NCBI GenBank assembly: GCA_052034235.1
Contig: JBPOIT010000010.1
Span: forward strand, 1 to 63,932
Direction: 5' to 3'
Length of the DNA: 63,932 nucleotides
From: Candidatus Levyibacteriota bacterium
GTDB lineage: Bacteria > Patescibacteriota > Microgenomatia > Levybacterales > UBA12049
Under the pieces are notes generated by a model. That model was not told where the DNA came from. It made no database searches and worked only from the letters and a program-made list of their open reading frames with translations. The translations under genes were made by a program, and so were the position numbers. This document shows, one piece after another, positions 34,432 through 45,865 of the stretch (positions are counted from its first letter, which is position 1; every line of letters begins with the position of its first letter).

Positions 34432-34905
34432 ATGAGACACGCTAAAGTTAAAAAAAGAATAATAGAACCAGATACACTTTATAACAGTGTTATTGTTGCA
34501 AAACTCATCAATTACATCATGATTGATGGTAAAAAAACTGTTGCACAAGCACAAGTATACCGTGCATTTGAAGTCCTCAAAGCAAAAGGTGAAGATCCAC
34601 TAAAAGCGTTTGAAAGAGCTGTACAAACTGTTGGACCAAAAGTTGAAGTTAAAGCACGACGTGTTGGTGGTGCTAACTACCAAGTTCCAGTTGAAGTCAG
34701 ACACGAACGCAAACTCTCACTTGCTCTCAGATGGATGATTGAAGCCGCCCGAAAGCGCTCAAACAAAGAATTCCATTCATTCTCAGATAAACTCGCAGCT
34801 GAAATATTTGATGCAACCCAGAATCTGGGAGAAGCAGTCAGAAAGCGAGATATCGCCCTCAAACAAGCAGAAGCCAACAAAGCATTCGGCCACTTCCGCT
34901 GGTAA
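34432..34905 (+). CDS. rpsG: 30S ribosomal protein S7
   Basis: GKK..A..I...A........DPL..F..A...V.P..EV...RVGGA.YQVPVEV...R...LA.RW is canonical S7, directly after rpsL. Confidence 0.97.
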   Translation: MRHAKVKKRIIEPDTLYNSVIVAKLINYIMIDGKKTVAQAQVYRAFEVLKAKGEDPLKAFERAVQTVGPKVEVKARRVGGANYQVPVEVRHERKLSLALRWMIEAARKRSNKEFHSFSDKLAAEIFDATQNLGEAVRKRDIALKQAEANKAFGHFRW

Positions 34906-34930
34906 ATTCCACAATTACTCTTTACATACC

Positions 34931-34939
34931 TGCTATAAT
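34931..34939 (+). promoter_or_regulatory. Candidate extended -10 (TGcTATAAT) 6 nt upstream of the hicB ATG
   Basis: The sequence reads TGCTATAAT GATTAT ATG (ATG 34946), 26 nt after the rpsG stop. Confidence 0.5.
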
Positions 34940-34945
34940 GATTAT

Positions 34946-35212
34946 ATGAAAAAAGCAGTTTCTCACACAGTTTTAGCTTATACTGCAATTTTTGAGCCTA
35001 CTGAAGAAGGAGGTTATGTTGTTAGTGTACCCGCTCTTCCTGGATGTTCGACCCAAGGAGAAACCTTTGAAGAAGCGCAAGAAATGATTAAAGATGCAAT
35101 TGAGGGATATATCGCAGTTTTGAAAGATGAAGGCCAAGAGATTCCAAAAGAAAAAGAGAATGTGATTGTCACAAAAGTAACAGTTGAAAACCTCGCGCCC
35201 TACGCTCAATAA
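34946..35212 (+). CDS. hicB: HicB-family antitoxin (short form without obvious DNA-binding domain)
   Basis: YTAIFEPTEEGGYVVSVPALPGCSTQGETFEEAQEMIKDAIEGYI is the HicB/UPF0150 signature. The ORF-track version starting at 34739 overlaps rpsG out of frame and is rejected. Confidence 0.8.
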   Translation: MKKAVSHTVLAYTAIFEPTEEGGYVVSVPALPGCSTQGETFEEAQEMIKDAIEGYIAVLKDEGQEIPKEKENVIVTKVTVENLAPYAQ

Positions 35213-35220
35213 TATCTACT

Positions 35221-35436
35221 ATGAAAGCATTTAAAGCAAAAGAGGTTATACGGATTATTGAGCAATTAGGTTTTATTAAAAAACGGCAAACTGGAAGTCA
35301 TGTTATTATGTATAACCCTCGTACAAAAAAGATTATCCCGGTGCCTTTACATGCAAAAGACTTAAAACAGGGGCTACTTAAAGCAATTATCAAACAAGCA
35401 GATTCTTCAGAGAAAGAGTTTATCAAACTAAAATAA
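35221..35436 (+). CDS. hicA: HicA-family mRNA interferase toxin
   Basis: A 71-aa protein with K..EVIRIIEQLGF...RQTGSH.I...P......IPVP.H.KDL..G.L..I..Q, a dsRBD-like HicA fold carrying the conserved GSH. Confidence 0.8.
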   Translation: MKAFKAKEVIRIIEQLGFIKKRQTGSHVIMYNPRTKKIIPVPLHAKDLKQGLLKAIIKQADSSEKEFIKLK

Positions 35437-35437
35437 T

Positions 35438-37120
35438 TTAAATTCTCTTAAACATCCTGTGTAATTCCACTAAGTTTATTGCAATTCTCGTGGGTCTACC
35501 GTGGGGGCAGGTGGTGTTTCTTTTGGTGTTTTCCAGTTGATCGAGGAGTTTTTTTATTTGGTCTTTGGTGAGGGGGTCGCCAGCTTTGACTGCGGAGCGG
35601 CACGCTAGGTAGGCTAGCATTTTGTTTGAGGTTTCATCAACAGATTTTACCATCTCAGTTTCCACTAAATCTTCAAGAAGTTCATTTATCAGCTCGGTAT
35701 AGTTTCTGTCCTGAAAAAGCGCGGGGACAGTGCTAATAGTAAATGCTGTTTCTGTTTTTTGTTTTATACCAAAACCCAGTGTTTGCAATGTTGCGAGATG
35801 TTCAACGAGGAGTGCTCCTTCCGAAAGACTGAGGTTGATGACACCTGGTTTTGGAAGAGTAAACAGTTTGTACTGCATTTTTTGTTTGGTAAACTCATCA
35901 CGTAATTGTTCATAAAGGACTCGTTCATGAGCAGCGTGTTGGTCGATAATAAGCAGACCTTTTCTTGTTGCTGTGAGTAAGTACACATTATGAATTTGTT
36001 GCACTTCAGCAGATTTCTCCCGCGTTGTCAGCAGTGCTGCGTCAGAAAGGACTGTTTGTTTGAGGAGTTGTCCTGCATATGATTTTGTCTGCCCGTCACG
36101 ATTTTTCCACTCAAGGTTGAGAAACGTCAAATTATTTTTCGCGAGTGTTTCTGCTATCGCATTTTTGATTGTCGTAAAAAGTGTCTCTTTATTTAAGAAT
36201 CGAACTTGTTCTTTTCGGGGATGAACATTGATATCAATTACTTCCGGAGGAACTGTGAGAAAAAGTAAAAAGACAGGGGAAGCTGTTGCTTCAAGCAAAT
36301 TGCCGTACGCTTCTTTTACCGCTTGGGTTATGAGCTTGTCAGTAATTCTACGCTGATTTACAAACAAAAATTGTTTGCTCGTTGTTTTTGTCGTGACCTG
36401 CGGTTTTGCCAAAAAACCGGTAAATCCGACATATTGATCAGTATACGTTATCGGTATAACATGCTGAAAAATCGTGGGTCCCAGGAATTTCTGCAAGCGT
36501 TCAGTCTGTTCATGAGCTTTCGGAAGATCAAAAATAGTTTTATTATTATGTGTTAAGACAAACCTGATTTCGGGGTGTGCAAGTGCGATATGTGAAACAA
36601 TGTCTAAAATCTGACGAAATTCAGATCGCTGACTTTTTAAAAATTTCTTTCTGGCAGGCACCTGATAAAATAAATTATCAACGGTAATACTTGTCCCTAC
36701 AGGCATACCTATTGGTACAATATCGACAAGTGTCCCGCCATGCAATTGTACCTTGGTGCCTGCGATATCTTCTGAGGTTTTGCTTTTAATGGTCATGTTA
36801 CTAATTGCGGCAATACTTGCGAGTGCTTCTCCACGAAAACCCATGGTGCGGATTGCATGCAGCTGTTCTTCATGAGTGATTTTACTTGTGGTGTGCGGTT
36901 TAAAGCATTCTGCTATGTCATCTGCATTCATACCCTCACCGTTGTCGATAACCACAATTTGTTGTAAACCGCTCTCTGAGATATGAATGGTAATCGAATC
37001 AGCGTGTGCGTCTATGGCATTCTCAACTAATTCCTTAACTGCGTATGAAGGCCTCTCTATCACTTCTCCAGCTGCAATTTTTGCAACGATATCACTAGAA
37101 AGGGGAAAGATCTTTTTCAT
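35438..37120 (-). CDS. mutL: DNA mismatch repair protein MutL (endonuclease-type)
   Basis: The GHKL N-domain (IAAGEVIERPSYAVKELVENAIDA; DNGEGM; FRGEAL) and the C-terminal endonuclease motif DQHAAHERVLYEQL plus CPHGRP are present. Confidence 0.9.
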   Translation of the reverse strand: MKKIFPLSSDIVAKIAAGEVIERPSYAVKELVENAIDAHADSITIHISESGLQQIVVIDNGEGMNADDIAECFKPHTTSKITHEEQLHAIRTMGFRGEALASIAAISNMTIKSKTSEDIAGTKVQLHGGTLVDIVPIGMPVGTSITVDNLFYQVPARKKFLKSQRSEFRQILDIVSHIALAHPEIRFVLTHNNKTIFDLPKAHEQTERLQKFLGPTIFQHVIPITYTDQYVGFTGFLAKPQVTTKTTSKQFLFVNQRRITDKLITQAVKEAYGNLLEATASPVFLLFLTVPPEVIDINVHPRKEQVRFLNKETLFTTIKNAIAETLAKNNLTFLNLEWKNRDGQTKSYAGQLLKQTVLSDAALLTTREKSAEVQQIHNVYLLTATRKGLLIIDQHAAHERVLYEQLRDEFTKQKMQYKLFTLPKPGVINLSLSEGALLVEHLATLQTLGFGIKQKTETAFTISTVPALFQDRNYTELINELLEDLVETEMVKSVDETSNKMLAYLACRSAVKAGDPLTKDQIKKLLDQLENTKRNTTCPHGRPTRIAINLVELHRMFKRI

Positions 37121-37126
37121 AGAAGA

Positions 37127-39799
37127 TTAGTCAGCCTTGAGAAATTTTTTGTCATGGTCATTAAGGAGTTTTAATTTATCTTTAAGATCTGCTAGCGTGT
37201 TAAGCGCATCAAGTGGTGTCATTTGCGCTATATCCATCGTTTCAAGTTCTTGTTTAATTAAATGATCGATGAGATTTACCTGCTGCGGTTCAAGATTCTC
37301 AAGCAGATCAACACTGATATGTTTTTTACGTTCTACAGGTTTGCTTCTCTCTTCAAGCTGTTTAAGCATCGTATTTGCACGCTGTATGACGGTATCCGGA
37401 ATTCCTGCGAGTTTGGCAACTGCGACTCCAAAACTATGAGAAGCTCCTCCCGGCTGCAGCGTGTAGAGAAAAATTGGTTCACCTTTATCACTCATGACTG
37501 ACATGTGGTGATTTTTAATTTTACTCGGATGGTCATTTTCGAGAGCTTGCAATTCATGATAGTGCGTCGCAAAAAGTGTTTTGGGCGCTCCATCTGTTTT
37601 TGTCGCCAGATGCTCCGCAACTGCCCAGGCGATACTAATGCCATCATAGGTGCTTGTACCGCGTCCAATTTCATCCATCACGATCAGAGAGTGTTTGGTT
37701 GCGTGATGAAGAATATATGCTGTTTCAACCATCTCTACCATAAATGTTGAAAGTCCGGATGTTATGATATCACTAGCACCAGATCGTACAAATATCCGGT
37801 CGACAACTGAAAGCTCAGCTTTTTCTGCTGGTACAAAACTGCCAATTTGGTTCATGAGTACAATAAGAGCAACCTGCCTGATGAAAACAGATTTTCCTGC
37901 CATGTTTGGCCCGGTAATAAGAAGCATTTGCTGATTTGTGTCATCAAGCGTTAGATCGTTTGGTACAAACTGTTTTTGGTCGCCAAGGAGTTTTTCAACG
38001 ACAGGATGCTTTGATCCCGTAAGTTTTAGCTCGCCTGTTTCAAGAAGTGTAGGACGGACATATTGATTCTTTTCAGCGATATACGCAAAATTTGCAAGAC
38101 AATCAAGATATGCGATGCGTTGGGCAGCTTCTTGTATGACTGTTATATGTCCGAGCACATACGTCAAAACGTGCTGAAAAATTGCATATTCCAGTTCATT
38201 AATTTTTTCTTCAGCAGTTAAAATAATTTCTTCATGCTCTTTTAATTCCGGAGTAATAAAACGTTCTCCATTGACGAGTGTTTGCTTACGCTGATAATAT
38301 CCAGGCACTAAATGAAGGTTCGATTTACTGATTTCGATATAAAACCCAAAGACTTTGTTAAAGCGTACTTTAAGTGATCCAATACCTGTTTGTTCTCGTT
38401 CTTTTTTTTCAAGTTCTACGATCCACTCTTTACTTCCATTCACGCGCTGACGCAGCTTGTCGAGTTTTGCATTAATGCCATTTTGTATCATGCCGCCTTC
38501 TTTTGTTTCAATTGGCGGTTCAAAAACAATATGTTTTTCAATATAGTTGATAATAAGATCAATATCTTCTGAAATACTTTCTTTCAATTCAGTAATCAGC
38601 TCTGATGGAAATTCGCCCATGAGCGTTTTTATGTCCATCGTTTTTTGTAGTGAAAGCTTTAGGTTAACTAAATCGCGTGCATTTCCCAGCTGGACACAGA
38701 GACGAGACAGTAGTCTTTCTATATCCGAGACACTCTGCAATTCTTCTCGAAGTAATGCTCGTTGTGTATTTTTCGTGAGCAGTATAGCAACTGCTTCATG
38801 GCGTCTTTTGATTTCATCTTTATTGGTAAGCGGTTGTCTAAGCCATTGTTTCAGCAGTCTTCCGCCCATTGCGGTTTGTGTTTGATCCAGAACCGAAAGC
38901 AATGATCCCCGTGTATCATGTTCCCGGATTGTTGAGAAGAGTTCGAGATTAATAATAGTTGATGTATCAAGTGACATATATTCATCAGTTGTGGTAGTCG
39001 CAAGTTTTTTAATATGTGCGACAGTTGCTTTTTGCGTATTTTGTAAATATCCCAAAAGTGCGGCTGCACTTTTAAGGGCAAGGGGTTTATCTACTACTCC
39101 AAACCCGTTTAAATCAATTACTCCAAAATGTTTTTTTAAATGATCCTGTGCATTGGCAGCATAGGTCTCCCATGCAGCAAAGGGATAGATATTAAGCCCA
39201 TTTTGACTTTTTAGTATTTTGAGTACTGCTGTATTGTTATATAATTCTTCAGGTAAAATACATTCAGTTGGGGAAATTCTTGATAATTCATCTTTCAGTG
39301 TTTGCTCGATACTTTCGGTTGTGATTTGGGTCACGGCGAAATACCCTGTTGAAAGATCTGCAGTTGTCATTCCAAGAATCTTGTCAGTAATGACCAAACT
39401 TATGATGTAGTTATTTTCTTTTTTAGAAAGTGCTTTTTCATCAAGCACCGTTCCAGGGGTTACAATTCTCACAACATCACGTTCAACAAGCCCTTTCTTA
39501 TTTGGTGGAGATAATTGTTCGCAGATTGCAACTTTATACCCTGCTTTGACAAGTTTTGCCAGATACGCATCAACTGCGTGATAGGGGACGCCTGCCATTG
39601 GTATTCTACCGCCATTACCATTTGCTTTGCCGGTTAACGTAATGTTAAGAACACGTGCTCCGATATGCGCATCTTCGAGGAAAAGTTCATAAAAATCACC
39701 CATACGGTAGAAGAGTAAGCAATCAGGGTACTGTTTTTTTATCGCCATGTATTGTTTCATCATGGGCGTGAGTGATTCTTGCATAGGCAGATTTTTCAA
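37127..39799 (-). CDS. mutS: DNA mismatch repair protein MutS
   Basis: [25 protein letters not shown], Walker [11 protein letters not shown], Walker [17 protein letters not shown] and FATHYHEL are present. Confidence 0.95.
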   Translation of the reverse strand: MKNLPMQESLTPMMKQYMAIKKQYPDCLLFYRMGDFYELFLEDAHIGARVLNITLTGKANGNGGRIPMAGVPYHAVDAYLAKLVKAGYKVAICEQLSPPNKKGLVERDVVRIVTPGTVLDEKALSKKENNYIISLVITDKILGMTTADLSTGYFAVTQITTESIEQTLKDELSRISPTECILPEELYNNTAVLKILKSQNGLNIYPFAAWETYAANAQDHLKKHFGVIDLNGFGVVDKPLALKSAAALLGYLQNTQKATVAHIKKLATTTTDEYMSLDTSTIINLELFSTIREHDTRGSLLSVLDQTQTAMGGRLLKQWLRQPLTNKDEIKRRHEAVAILLTKNTQRALLREELQSVSDIERLLSRLCVQLGNARDLVNLKLSLQKTMDIKTLMGEFPSELITELKESISEDIDLIINYIEKHIVFEPPIETKEGGMIQNGINAKLDKLRQRVNGSKEWIVELEKKEREQTGIGSLKVRFNKVFGFYIEISKSNLHLVPGYYQRKQTLVNGERFITPELKEHEEIILTAEEKINELEYAIFQHVLTYVLGHITVIQEAAQRIAYLDCLANFAYIAEKNQYVRPTLLETGELKLTGSKHPVVEKLLGDQKQFVPNDLTLDDTNQQMLLITGPNMAGKSVFIRQVALIVLMNQIGSFVPAEKAELSVVDRIFVRSGASDIITSGLSTFMVEMVETAYILHHATKHSLIVMDEIGRGTSTYDGISIAWAVAEHLATKTDGAPKTLFATHYHELQALENDHPSKIKNHHMSVMSDKGEPIFLYTLQPGGASHSFGVAVAKLAGIPDTVIQRANTMLKQLEERSKPVERKKHISVDLLENLEPQQVNLIDHLIKQELETMDIAQMTPLDALNTLADLKDKLKLLNDHDKKFLKAD

Positions 39800-39802
39800 T
39801 TG

Positions 39803-40480
39803 TTATTTTTCGACAATTATTCCGTTTATTTTGTCACCGATAGAAATTTTACGGACGACGTCCATTCCCTCAGTGACAATACCAAAATTGGTATATTGCT
39901 GATTAAGATGAGGAGAGTCAGTTTTCGTGATAAAAAATTGTGAATCATTTGAGACTCGTATATCGCCACTTCTGGCAACACCAAGCGAGCCTTCGACAAA
40001 TGGAAGACTATTTAATTCAGTTTGCATAAGTCCGCCGCCTGTTCCGTTTCCATCCGGGTCGCCGCCCTGAATAACCCAATCCTCAACCCTATGGAACAGA
40101 AGATTTTTATAGAATCCGCTGGTACTTTTATCAATGAAATTCTTTACTGTTCGAGGCGCATCCCGACTTGTTAACAATACTTTTATGTCACCTTTTGAAG
40201 TTTTTATTATTGCAGAATACGAAGCTTTCATACCTTCTTCAACTCCGAAAACTGGTTTTTGCTGTGATTGAGCAGTTTGTTGCTGTTGCGCTTGTTGTTG
40301 TCCGCCCTCAAGTGGAAACTGCGAGATCATTTTAAACGTCGCTGAATCAGGTGGTAAGGTTGGGACTGAGCTTGCAGGAGATTGCACCATATTTTGCATG
40401 GAATTTGACTGAGTTACAAAAAGAATACCACCAAAAGCAACGAGAATAATAACAAAAATTGTTATTGAGAGTTTATTCAT
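39803..40480 (-). CDS. Membrane-anchored or secreted cyclophilin-type peptidyl-prolyl isomerase
   Basis: A signal/anchor (MNKLSITIFVIILVAFGGILFV) and a Q-rich linker precede the cyclophilin motifs (FHRVEDWVIQGGDP; GSLGVARSG....NDSQFFI). The start was moved from 40597 to ATG 40480, which has TGTTACAAT 8 nt upstream. Confidence 0.85.
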   Translation of the reverse strand: MNKLSITIFVIILVAFGGILFVTQSNSMQNMVQSPASSVPTLPPDSATFKMISQFPLEGGQQQAQQQQTAQSQQKPVFGVEEGMKASYSAIIKTSKGDIKVLLTSRDAPRTVKNFIDKSTSGFYKNLLFHRVEDWVIQGGDPDGNGTGGGLMQTELNSLPFVEGSLGVARSGDIRVSNDSQFFITKTDSPHLNQQYTNFGIVTEGMDVVRKISIGDKINGIIVEK

Positions 40481-40488
40481 CGTACCCC

Positions 40489-40497
40489 ATTGTAACA
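40489..40497 (-). promoter_or_regulatory. Candidate extended -10 (TGtTACAAT) of the PPIase-mutS-mutL operon
   Basis: The minus strand reads TGTTACAAT GGGGTACG ATG. Confidence 0.45.
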
Positions 40498-40566
40498 AAA
40501 ATAGCTTGATTTGGGAACCCAAGATACATGCCCAAATCTCCCATCCTCGCTTTGCGGAGCGTTCTT

Positions 40567-40575
40567 TGATAAAAT
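40567..40575 (+). promoter_or_regulatory. Candidate extended -10 (TGaTAAAAT) 6 nt upstream of the lepA ATG
   Basis: The sequence reads TGATAAAAT GACGAC ATG (ATG 40582). Confidence 0.45.
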
Positions 40576-40581
40576 GACGAC

Positions 40582-42354
40582 ATGCAAACACAATCACTCA
40601 TTAGAAATTTTGCGATTATCGCTCATATCGATCATGGTAAGTCGACATTATCTGACAGACTTTTGGAAGTCACCAACACGATCGCGAAGGATAAACTGCA
40701 GGAACAATTCCTTGATCAGAATGTTATTTCACGTAAACGTGGTATCACGATAAAACTTGCACCGGTCAGAATGAAATATGTCTCAGGTGGCACGGAATAT
40801 GAACTTAACCTCATTGATACTCCCGGACATGTTGATTTCTCCTACGAAGTTTCCCGCACACTTGCAGCATGTGAAGGCGCTGTGCTTCTTGTTGATTCAA
40901 CACAAGGTATTCAGGCGCAAACAGTTGCACATTATCAAGTTGCTAAAAAATTAGGTTTAAAGATGATACCGGTTCTTAATAAAATTGATTTACCTAATTC
41001 TCAAACAGATGTTGTGACCAAAGAACTTGTCGATTTCGGTTTTGATGAATCTGAAATTATCGCGATTTCTGCAAAAACAGGAGAAAATGTCGATGTCCTT
41101 CTTGAGCGGATTATTGAAAAATTTCCATCTCCACAAGGTGATGAAAATGCACCGCTTCGTGCACTCATTTTTGATGCAGTTTACGATGAATACCAGGGTG
41201 TCATTACCTATTTGCGTGTGATGGATGGCAGGATTAAAAAAGGAGATCAGGTACAGTTTTGCCAAAATAACATGAAGACCGATGTGACAGAAGTCGGGAT
41301 GTTTACGCCATTTCTCAAAGAAACTGACGGACTGACAACAGGAGAGATTGGTTATCTTGTCGGCAATATTAAAGACATTCGTCAAGCTCGTGTCGGTGAC
41401 ACCGTAACAAGCGCAAAATTCAAAATGCAGGGAGAAACATTAATTTCAGACGATGGAACTATTATCGAACCTTTGCCAGGTTATCAAACACCACAGCCAA
41501 TGGTGTTCTTTGGGGTGTATCCTAAAGACGCAAATGACTTTGGTAATTTGCGTGATTCGCTTGGCAAACTCACACTTAACGATACAGCACTTACTTATAC
41601 AGAAGAATATTCAGCATACTTAGGTAGTGGATTCAGAGTTGGATTTTTGGGTTTGCTGCATGCTGATATTGTCAAAGAACGTCTCAAACAAGAGTTTAAT
41701 CTCGATTTGTTGCTGACTATGCCACAAGTGTTGTATGAAAAACGGACTGATGAAGAAATACATGAACCGTTTATGCTGCTTAATGTCTATGCGCCAGCAG
41801 CATATGTCGGTAATGTTATGACCGTTTGCCAAAAGAAAAAAGGCAGCATGTTAAATATTGTCTATCATGAAGCATATGCTGTGTTGTCCTATGAAATGCC
41901 GTACTCGATGTTTATCAGGGGACTTGCTGATGATATTAAATCAGTCACGGCAGGGTTTGGAAGTATTGATTATGAGTTAACAGGGTATAAAAAAGCAGAT
42001 CTGGTGAAGCTTGATATTTTAATTAATAATAATGCAATTGATGTGTTATCAGAGCTGGTTTATAAAGATGAAGCGAACTATGTGGCGCGTCAGAAAGCTG
42101 AAAAGTTAAAAGAGTCACTCGACCGTCAACAATTCCGGCAAATTATCCAGGCTACCATTAACAATAACATTGTCGCCCGCGAAGAAATCCCTCCTTTTAG
42201 AAAAGACGTTCTGGCCAAAATGTCAGGTGGAGACAGAACAAGAAAAGACAAACTTCTTGAAGCACAGAAAAAAGGAAAGAAAAAAATGATCCAGCAAGGG
42301 AAAGTCTCATTACCTCAATCAGCCCTCTTCTCTATGATTTCAGATAGTAAGTGA
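40582..42354 (+). CDS. lepA: Elongation factor 4 (LepA)
   Basis: IRNFAIIAHIDHGKSTL.DR, DTPGHVDF and LNKIDLP are present, along with the LepA-specific C-terminal domain (..PPFRKDVLAKMSGGDRTRKDKLLEAQKKGKKKM). Confidence 0.95.
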   Translation: MQTQSLIRNFAIIAHIDHGKSTLSDRLLEVTNTIAKDKLQEQFLDQNVISRKRGITIKLAPVRMKYVSGGTEYELNLIDTPGHVDFSYEVSRTLAACEGAVLLVDSTQGIQAQTVAHYQVAKKLGLKMIPVLNKIDLPNSQTDVVTKELVDFGFDESEIIAISAKTGENVDVLLERIIEKFPSPQGDENAPLRALIFDAVYDEYQGVITYLRVMDGRIKKGDQVQFCQNNMKTDVTEVGMFTPFLKETDGLTTGEIGYLVGNIKDIRQARVGDTVTSAKFKMQGETLISDDGTIIEPLPGYQTPQPMVFFGVYPKDANDFGNLRDSLGKLTLNDTALTYTEEYSAYLGSGFRVGFLGLLHADIVKERLKQEFNLDLLLTMPQVLYEKRTDEEIHEPFMLLNVYAPAAYVGNVMTVCQKKKGSMLNIVYHEAYAVLSYEMPYSMFIRGLADDIKSVTAGFGSIDYELTGYKKADLVKLDILINNNAIDVLSELVYKDEANYVARQKAEKLKESLDRQQFRQIIQATINNNIVAREEIPPFRKDVLAKMSGGDRTRKDKLLEAQKKGKKKMIQQGKVSLPQSALFSMISDSK

Positions 42355-42442
42355 TTTCTTCCTTGTTCAAAACTCTAACACTCAAACAACTTCAAACCCA
42401 CATGTTTCAAACAAATCGTGTTTAGAATATATAGTTTATCTT

Positions 42443-43648
42443 TTAGAGTACAAAGAAGAGGAGGCCTCCTCCGAGGACGAGTAGGAGAGAAACGATTCCG
42501 ACACCGATAGCAACATCAGCTGAGCCAGTTGGAGCAATAGTTGGTTGGACGACCACATCAGGTCCTCCGGTTCCGCCAGTTTCACCACTTGAGCTTGCTG
42601 TGACGGTTATTGTTTGTGTACATGCATCGGATGCACTGACTGAATTTCCGCTGTCAGTCAAAATTGCTGAAGCTTGGAATGTGCCAGGATTATTGTAAGT
42701 ATGTGATACTTGTGCGTTTACTGTTGCAGTGCCGATGCCACCTGCTTGTGTCACGTCACTTACTTGTCCGTCACCGAAGTTAAAGGTTACTTTGCTAATA
42801 GTGCCATCCGAATCTGTGCCGTTCGCTCCAAACGTCACTGAAAGCGGTGCGTTACCTGTTGCGTCTCTATCAAGTACAAGCGTGTTACACACAGGTGCTT
42901 CATTTGGTCCGCCATCTTTTCCAGTACCGGTTGGTGCAGGTGTGACGCTTACTGCAAGTGTTGGCGTAGCAGCTGCATCTGTAGGTAATGGTGCGTTCGT
43001 CGGGGCGAGCGTAGCTGTTGGGCCATCTGAAGGAACAGCAGTTGGTATACCTTCTGTTGGGACGGCGCCGTCACCAATAGTAATGTATGCAGGAATTGGT
43101 GAACTTAAGACATTTTCACTCGCCTGATCATTTGACCCTAGTGAAAGTACTTGCGTACTTGTTCCATACGTAATAACAGTTGGAACACCAGCTTCAGTAT
43201 TTGCTAATGCTTTTACCGTAAGTGTACCCGCTTTAACGATCGTTTGGATTGCTTTCGTTGGGTCGGGACCTACTGAAAGTGTTACTGAAACTTTACCTGG
43301 TGTATATACAGGTCCTTCAAGGACAGACGGGAAGACGACATTATTAGCTTGAAAACCGTTCGTCTCATCGACTTGCAGTTTTTCAGGGTCATATTGGATT
43401 TCAAGTTTAACAAATGACACAAGATTCTGGCCTGGATTAATGGTGACATCAAGTGGTACAACATCGCCAATTTTTTTCTGAAGAGGTGTTGTTTGTGTTG
43501 AGTCAGGAGAAAAAGAAACGTTGGTAGATTTTTCCGCTCTACTTCGTGTTTCTTGCTGTTGCTGCAGGAGGTAAACGGTCACCGGTATACCGACAAGGAG
43601 TACTGCTAAAAAACCACCTAAAAAAATCTTTTTTCCGCTAAATCTCAT
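42443..43648 (-). CDS. Surface protein with cohesin-like and PKD domains and a C-terminal IAPTG plus hydrophobic anchor
   Basis: An N-terminal signal/anchor is followed by a cohesin-like domain (VPLDVTINPGQNLVSFVKLEIQYDPEKLQV), a PT/A-rich linker and a PKD domain (APLSVTFGANGTDSDGTISKVTFNFGDGQ...HTYNNPGTF). The C-terminus is IAPTGSADVAIGVGIVSLLLVLGGGLLFFVL. Confidence 0.65.
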   Translation of the reverse strand: MRFSGKKIFLGGFLAVLLVGIPVTVYLLQQQQETRSRAEKSTNVSFSPDSTQTTPLQKKIGDVVPLDVTINPGQNLVSFVKLEIQYDPEKLQVDETNGFQANNVVFPSVLEGPVYTPGKVSVTLSVGPDPTKAIQTIVKAGTLTVKALANTEAGVPTVITYGTSTQVLSLGSNDQASENVLSSPIPAYITIGDGAVPTEGIPTAVPSDGPTATLAPTNAPLPTDAAATPTLAVSVTPAPTGTGKDGGPNEAPVCNTLVLDRDATGNAPLSVTFGANGTDSDGTISKVTFNFGDGQVSDVTQAGGIGTATVNAQVSHTYNNPGTFQASAILTDSGNSVSASDACTQTITVTASSSGETGGTGGPDVVVQPTIAPTGSADVAIGVGIVSLLLVLGGGLLFFVL

Positions 43649-43757
43649 ACGTAAAATACCGGCAAATACTCACCGTAATTTTATCGTATAGAAGAAATAC
43701 TGTAGTGTCAAGCATTAATAGAAGTGCAAATTCAAGCGCTGCAATAGTTATAGGATA

Positions 43758-43787
43758 TTGACAACATTTGGGGGTATGGTGTATATT
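43758..43787 (+). promoter_or_regulatory. Candidate groES promoter (TTGACA-18 nt-TATATT)
   Basis: TTGACA at 43758-43763 and TATATT at 43782-43787, giving a leader of about 49 nt. No CIRCE inverted repeat was seen. Confidence 0.4.
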
Positions 43788-43836
43788 TTAGCATAATCGA
43801 TAGGTCAAGTGATAACTCGTCCTTCTTTTAATTGTT

Positions 43837-45803
<1,967 letters not shown>

Positions 45804-45828
45804 AGGTAAACATTAAGCATTAGCAATG

Positions 45829-45850
45829 ACCGCTGAAAGGCGGTTTTTTT
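45829..45850 (+). terminator. Intrinsic terminator after groEL
   Basis: ACCGC-TGAAAG-GCGGT hairpin followed by a T7 run. Confidence 0.7.
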
Positions 45851-45851
45851 G

Positions 45852-45859
45852 TGTATACT
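45852..45859 (+). promoter_or_regulatory. Candidate -10 (TG-TATACT) 6 nt upstream of ATG 45866
   Basis: The sequence reads TGTATACT ATACCT ATG and directly abuts the groEL terminator T-run. Confidence 0.35.
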
Positions 45860-45865
45860 ATACCT

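Noticed and set aside
34739-35212. The ORF-track 157-aa version of the hicB frame, which starts inside rpsG.
   Set aside because: The first 69 codons overlap rpsG out of frame and look non-protein-like. ATG 34946 has a TGCTATAAT box 6 nt upstream and yields a normal 88-aa HicB.
40505-40540. The TTGGG-AA-CCCAA dyad and a nearby TTTGGG/CCCAAA pair in the PPIase-lepA divergent region as an operator.
   Set aside because: The arms are short (5-6 bp) and imperfectly arranged, so this is not distinguishable from chance.
39803-40597. Long N-terminal extensions in the ORF track for the PPIase (to 40597), murJ (to 48305), the racemase (to 55894), the HAD gene (from 55763), the rodZ-like gene (from 15017), nusA (from 1188) and serS (from 48636).
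   Set aside because: Each extension runs through promoter boxes, a terminator or the neighbouring divergent gene. An internal ATG gives the canonical family N-terminus.
43788-43836. A CIRCE (HrcA) operator upstream of groES, suggested by a TTAGCA word at about 43788.
   Set aside because: There is no TTAGCACTC-N9-GAGTGCTAA inverted repeat. Only the first six bases match, and there is no complementary arm.
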